A stretch of 63,991 nt of DNA, filler included, from Neolecta irregularis DAH-3 (lineage: Eukaryota): assembly GCA_001929475.1 (NCBI GenBank). It is 9 parts of 9 records of this genome, joined end to end, with 100 filler letters (N's around TTAATTAATTAA, not from the genome) between each part and the next. Parts side by side here need not be neighbours in the genome. Positions count along the whole stretch, not along the records: positions 61,245 to 63,991 come from LXFE01000492.1; 8 more parts are not named here. One strand, written 5' to 3'. The notes under the pieces were generated by a model that had not been told where the DNA came from, made no database searches, and saw nothing but the letters and a program-made list of their open reading frames with translations. The translations under genes were made by a program, and so were the position numbers. This document shows positions 61,145-63,991 of this stretch, in pieces. Positions within the stretch are counted from its first letter, which is position 1. Each line of letters starts with the position of its first letter.

Positions 61145-61244
61145 NNNNNNNNNNNNNNNNNNNNNNNNNNNNNNNNNNNNNNNNNNNNTTAATTAATTAA
61201 NNNNNNNNNNNNNNNNNNNNNNNNNNNNNNNNNNNNNNNNNNNN
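61145..61244. other. Artificial contig linker
   Basis: N-TTAATTAATTAA-N. Confidence 0.97.
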
Positions 61245-63991
61245 CGTGGCATGCTTTAAGTAACCTCTTTCGAAATTCCCCTTTTGGTATAACAATGCGA
61301 TTATCACAAAAAATGAACTCGTCGTTGACCTTAAATGCTTGAAACCAATCAGGATATTGTTTAATAGCTTTTATAAAGTTATCATTCGAGTATTCTGCTC
61401 TCAATAACTCTATCTCCTCTGGAGCCAGCTCAATGTCCATAACGTTCGTTGTTGCCACTGTCATATCCATCCTGGATAGCGAATCGGCGAATGAATTGCT
61501 AGAGCCCGAAATATATTCTATGTTGAAATCATAATCGGTAAGTTCAACTAACCATCTTGCTTGACGATTTGAAAGCGATTTCTGGGTATGCCAGTATTTA
61601 AGGGGTTCATGATCGGTAAGTACTGTAAAATGATATCCAAGTAGCAAGTGCCTCCATTTACGTAATGCACGAAGGATTGCTAACATCTCCCGGTCATAAA
61701 TTGGGTACTTAGCCTCCGAATCATTGAATGATTTGGAGCAGAATGCTGCAGGATGGGCTGTCCTCCAGTCTTTCCCTTGCGAAATCACCGACCCTGTTCC
61801 CCTATCACTAGCATCGCAAATAATCCAGATATTCTCTCCCTTTTCTATTAGCTGATGATTTACTGGACGAAGGTAATCTGATTTTGCGACTAGTTCCTTC
61901 AGGTTATCAAACGAGTGTTGTTCAACGCTTGTCCAGTGGAATGTTGTCCCTTTCTTGGCTAATCGTGATAGTATTGCTACATGTGACGCAAGGCCCGGAA
62001 TAAAGGCTGCCAGGTAATTAATAAATCCTAGGAAGATTGAAATCTCTTTTGCATTCTTTGGTTGTTGCCATTGTTGTATCTTCTTAACTTTTTTTGGATC
62101 CGGTTCCAACCCTTTCGCTGTTAATCTGTGACCAAGAAATTCAATTTCTGTTGCAAACAGCAATGATTTCTTTGAACTAACGATGACTTGATGCTCTTTT
62201 AATACTGTCAATATGTTTAATATATTGCGTTTATGTTCCTCAAGAGTGTCTGAGAAGATTACGATATCGTCGAGGTAGACGTAACATGATATTCCATTAT
62301 ACGCCCGCAATATATAGTTCATATATCTCTGAAAGGTTGCTGGAGCATTGCATAACCCCTGCGGCATTACCACCCATTCGAAAAGGCCAAGAGGAGTTTT
62401 GAATGCCGTTTTATATATATCTGGTTCATGGACTCGTATTTGATAGTAAGCATCTTTTAAATCAATCTTCCCTTTGAATCTGGCATTCGCCGCCGCTTCT
62501 AATAGCTCATTCTGGATTGGTATCGGAGTACGGTCTCTGACTGTATAGTCATTGATTTTCTTATAATCATGGACTATGCGTGGTATGGCTCCTTCTTCCT
62601 TTTTGGCGATCATAAATGTCGAAGACGAATACGGACTCGATGAATACCTAATCCTACCCATTTTTAAGGACTCTTCCAAGAATTGCTTTAATTCCGGTTT
62701 CCATTTATGAGGAATCTGATACAACTTTCCGTTTATTGGTTCTTTTGGTATAGAATGAAACTCGATATAATGTTTTGGAGTATCGATTGGAGGTAATTTA
62801 GGAATTTTAGGAACTTCGAAAACATCCGCAAATCGTTTTCGATAAACCTCTTCCAAATTTATTAACCGTTGTTCAATGTTAATATCTTCACTCGTACTCT
62901 CTTCAACTTTTGCGATTGCCTGACTGGGATTCTTCTCATGAGACCATGGTTTCCTAATACTATTGCTGCTTGAAAGGATATTTTGCTTGCTCCCTTTCAT
63001 AGTAACTCGTCTTTTGTATGGTTTTATACTCAATTTAAAACCCGTAATAAAAGGTTCTCCCAAAATCGCTTCATATTTATCCAATGGAACAATATGAAAT
63101 ACCATTGTTTTCTCTGAAATAAACTTTATCGAGGGAATTGATATTGGAATTTCGATATATTCGCGAATGATCTCAGTGTGACCATGCAAGGCTTGCGACA
63201 AACGGATCTTCTGCTTAAGACGTTTGACTTCTATTTGTCCTCTTAGTTGATCTGTGATGGTTGACGCAATGAGATTGCATTGCGCTCCCGTGTCAATCAG
63301 TGCCTCCACAACCTTATTACCAATCTGAATGCCCACTGTAAGTGGTATTCGTACTTTATGTGTTGGCTTGGTTGTAGTTGCGAAACTGCACTCGGAATGG
63401 ACTGTATTTGCTTCTTCCTCTATGCTAAGTGACATAATATCCTTTCTCCCTACTGAATGGTTGGTATTGGATCTCTTTTTCATGCTTTTCCTGCAGTCTC
63501 GAGCCAGATGACCTCGTGTGCCACATTGGAAACATTCACCATTCTGTCGCTGCTTAACTTTCTCCGGACTTTCTGTTCGCCACCCACTTCTTTTGCTAGA
63601 AGTTCTAATTGAAATGTCAGATTCCATTAACATTGCCGCTGCAACAAATTTATTGAGGGATTCGGTTCGTATGATCTCAGGAATACATTGAGTGTAAATG
63701 GTTGGATGCAATCCATTTGCAAACTTTTCGATAGCGAATTGTTCTGAGCAATGGGTGCGGCCAATCTTTCGCCACAGTGAGCGGAACTCATCTGCATATT
63801 CCAACACGGTACGGTTGCCTTGCTTGATATTTCTGAATTGAACCTGTGCAATCTGGACATTGCTTTCCTCAACAAAATTCTCTGCGAACAAGGTGTAGAA
63901 ATCATCTATTGTCTCGATTTCAGTCTCATTCGCCTGGAACCATTCTGTTGCATCTCCATTCAATGCACATACGATATCATCTAGAATATCT
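61245..63991 (-). mobile_element. Ty3/Gypsy LTR retrotransposon, uninterrupted gag-pol ORF, open at both ends
   Basis: Gag capsid, CFQCGTRGHLARDC knuckle, LIDTGA protease, RT (DLKDAY, MPQGLCNAP, YLDD), RNase H (CDAS, REML, TDH) and the start of integrase, in PR-RT-RH-IN order. Confidence 0.97.

Noticed and set aside
25835-61244. Recurrent TTAATTAATTAA palindrome and ORFs running through N runs
   Set aside because: Artificial six-frame-stop assembly linker; ORFs and gene neighbourhoods crossing it are not biological evidence.
1-63991. tRNA, rRNA or snoRNA genes
   Set aside because: None recognised by eye; tRNAscan-SE/Infernal on the longer intergenic stretches (10.8-11.7, 18.3-19.8, 46-47.5, 48.8-50.2 kb) would be needed.

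Overview
Fungal nuclear DNA, not prokaryotic: gene-dense, with very short (about 33-50 nt) spliceosomal introns. The gene set (CSL transcription factor, S. pombe-like Orb6 C-terminus, plus Axl2, CFEM and Zn2Cys6 genes) suggests an early-diverging ascomycete (Taphrinomycotina, Neolecta-like); this is inference only. The window joins nine contigs through eight artificial N-TTAATTAATTAA-N linkers, so adjacency across linkers is unverified. Recognisable genes are orb6/cbk1, tim44, a U1-type zinc-finger protein, an HDAC/APAH-family deacetylase, a HAD hydrolase, ubc9, a KHDC4-like KH protein, a CSL factor, PP2C, axl2, MnSOD, tif6, CFEM, two Zn2Cys6 factors, nat3, gar2/nsr1, trs23, rpb4, Lon, a histidine phosphatase, partial tra1 and the PP2A A subunit, plus one intact and one decayed Ty3/Gypsy element. 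The best novelty candidate is the first 5 kb: two intact, strongly diverged, stand-alone Gag-capsid genes without pol or LTRs, separated by a two-tier tandem-repeat array, next to an F-box gene and a Kre9-like/RNase T2 chimeric ORF (possible domesticated-Gag module). Other signals are a GC peak whose G/C skew flips inside one gene, CpG-depleted repeat relics, a two-copy HHCC-integrase mini-element, ultra-short divergent intergenic gaps, overlapping stop codons and several GC-AG introns. Exon structures were inferred by eye and family assignments come from motif recall, not database searches.
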